Part shown: piece by piece, positions 63,840-64,000 of the stretch
How positions within the stretch are numbered: the stretch's first letter is position 1
How the letters are laid out: each line of letters starts with the position of its first letter
Source of the DNA: Blepharisma stoltei ATCC 30299
Lineage: Eukaryota > Protista > Ciliophora
Direction of reading: 5' to 3'
Assembly: GCA_965603825.1 (NCBI GenBank)
Contig: CBFDEM010000046.1
Coordinates: 558,001 to 622,000 of the forward strand
Length of the DNA: 64,000 bases
The notes under the pieces: generated by a model
The model's database searches: none
What the model was told of the DNA's origin: nothing
Seen by the model: only the letters and a program-made list of their open reading frames with translations
Position numbers and translations under genes: made by a program

Positions 63840-64000
63840 GCTAATATAAAATTTAAAGGCGCGATTTTATTATAAATAGTGCTGAACGAATTTATTTTAT
63901 AGAAAATTGATTTATAATAAGAATTGAGAGGAGAATTAAGAAAACAAAGATAATTACTTTCTTTATGAAATAAATACTAAATCCTTCTTGTTATATTTTT

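Overview
AT-rich, gene-dense eukaryotic nuclear DNA, most consistent with the somatic (macronuclear) genome of a heterotrich ciliate of the Blepharisma type. Two features explain the fragmented ORF track. (1) TGA is read as Trp: in-frame TGAs sit at invariant Trp positions of PLD, protein kinases, RRP6, kelch repeats, DUSP and DRAM domains, and every gene I could trace continues to TAA or TAG. (2) Spliceosomal introns are tiny: 15 nt, GT..AG, with A at position 10. Re-read this way, the window holds about 41 protein genes, including BBS1, two kinesins, RBX1, acid sphingomyelinase, kelch-BTB, CDC48, PLD, an HRD1-like E3, a 2099-aa P4-ATPase/guanylyl cyclase fusion, a USP, centrin, RRP6, CFAP53, kinases, MYB, AMP deaminase and SDHB. 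It also holds a UBC4-like pseudogene and a near-perfect 666-bp partial duplication. Worth follow-up: strongly bimodal TGA/TGG usage between genes, an intron whose removal creates a TGA(Trp) codon, stop-less in-frame mini-introns, a frameshifted USP missing its QQD box at a TA junction, and intergenic gaps down to 8-25 nt. I saw no tRNA, rRNA, CRISPR array, transposon or telomere. All calls come from manual translation and motif recognition; no database searches were run.
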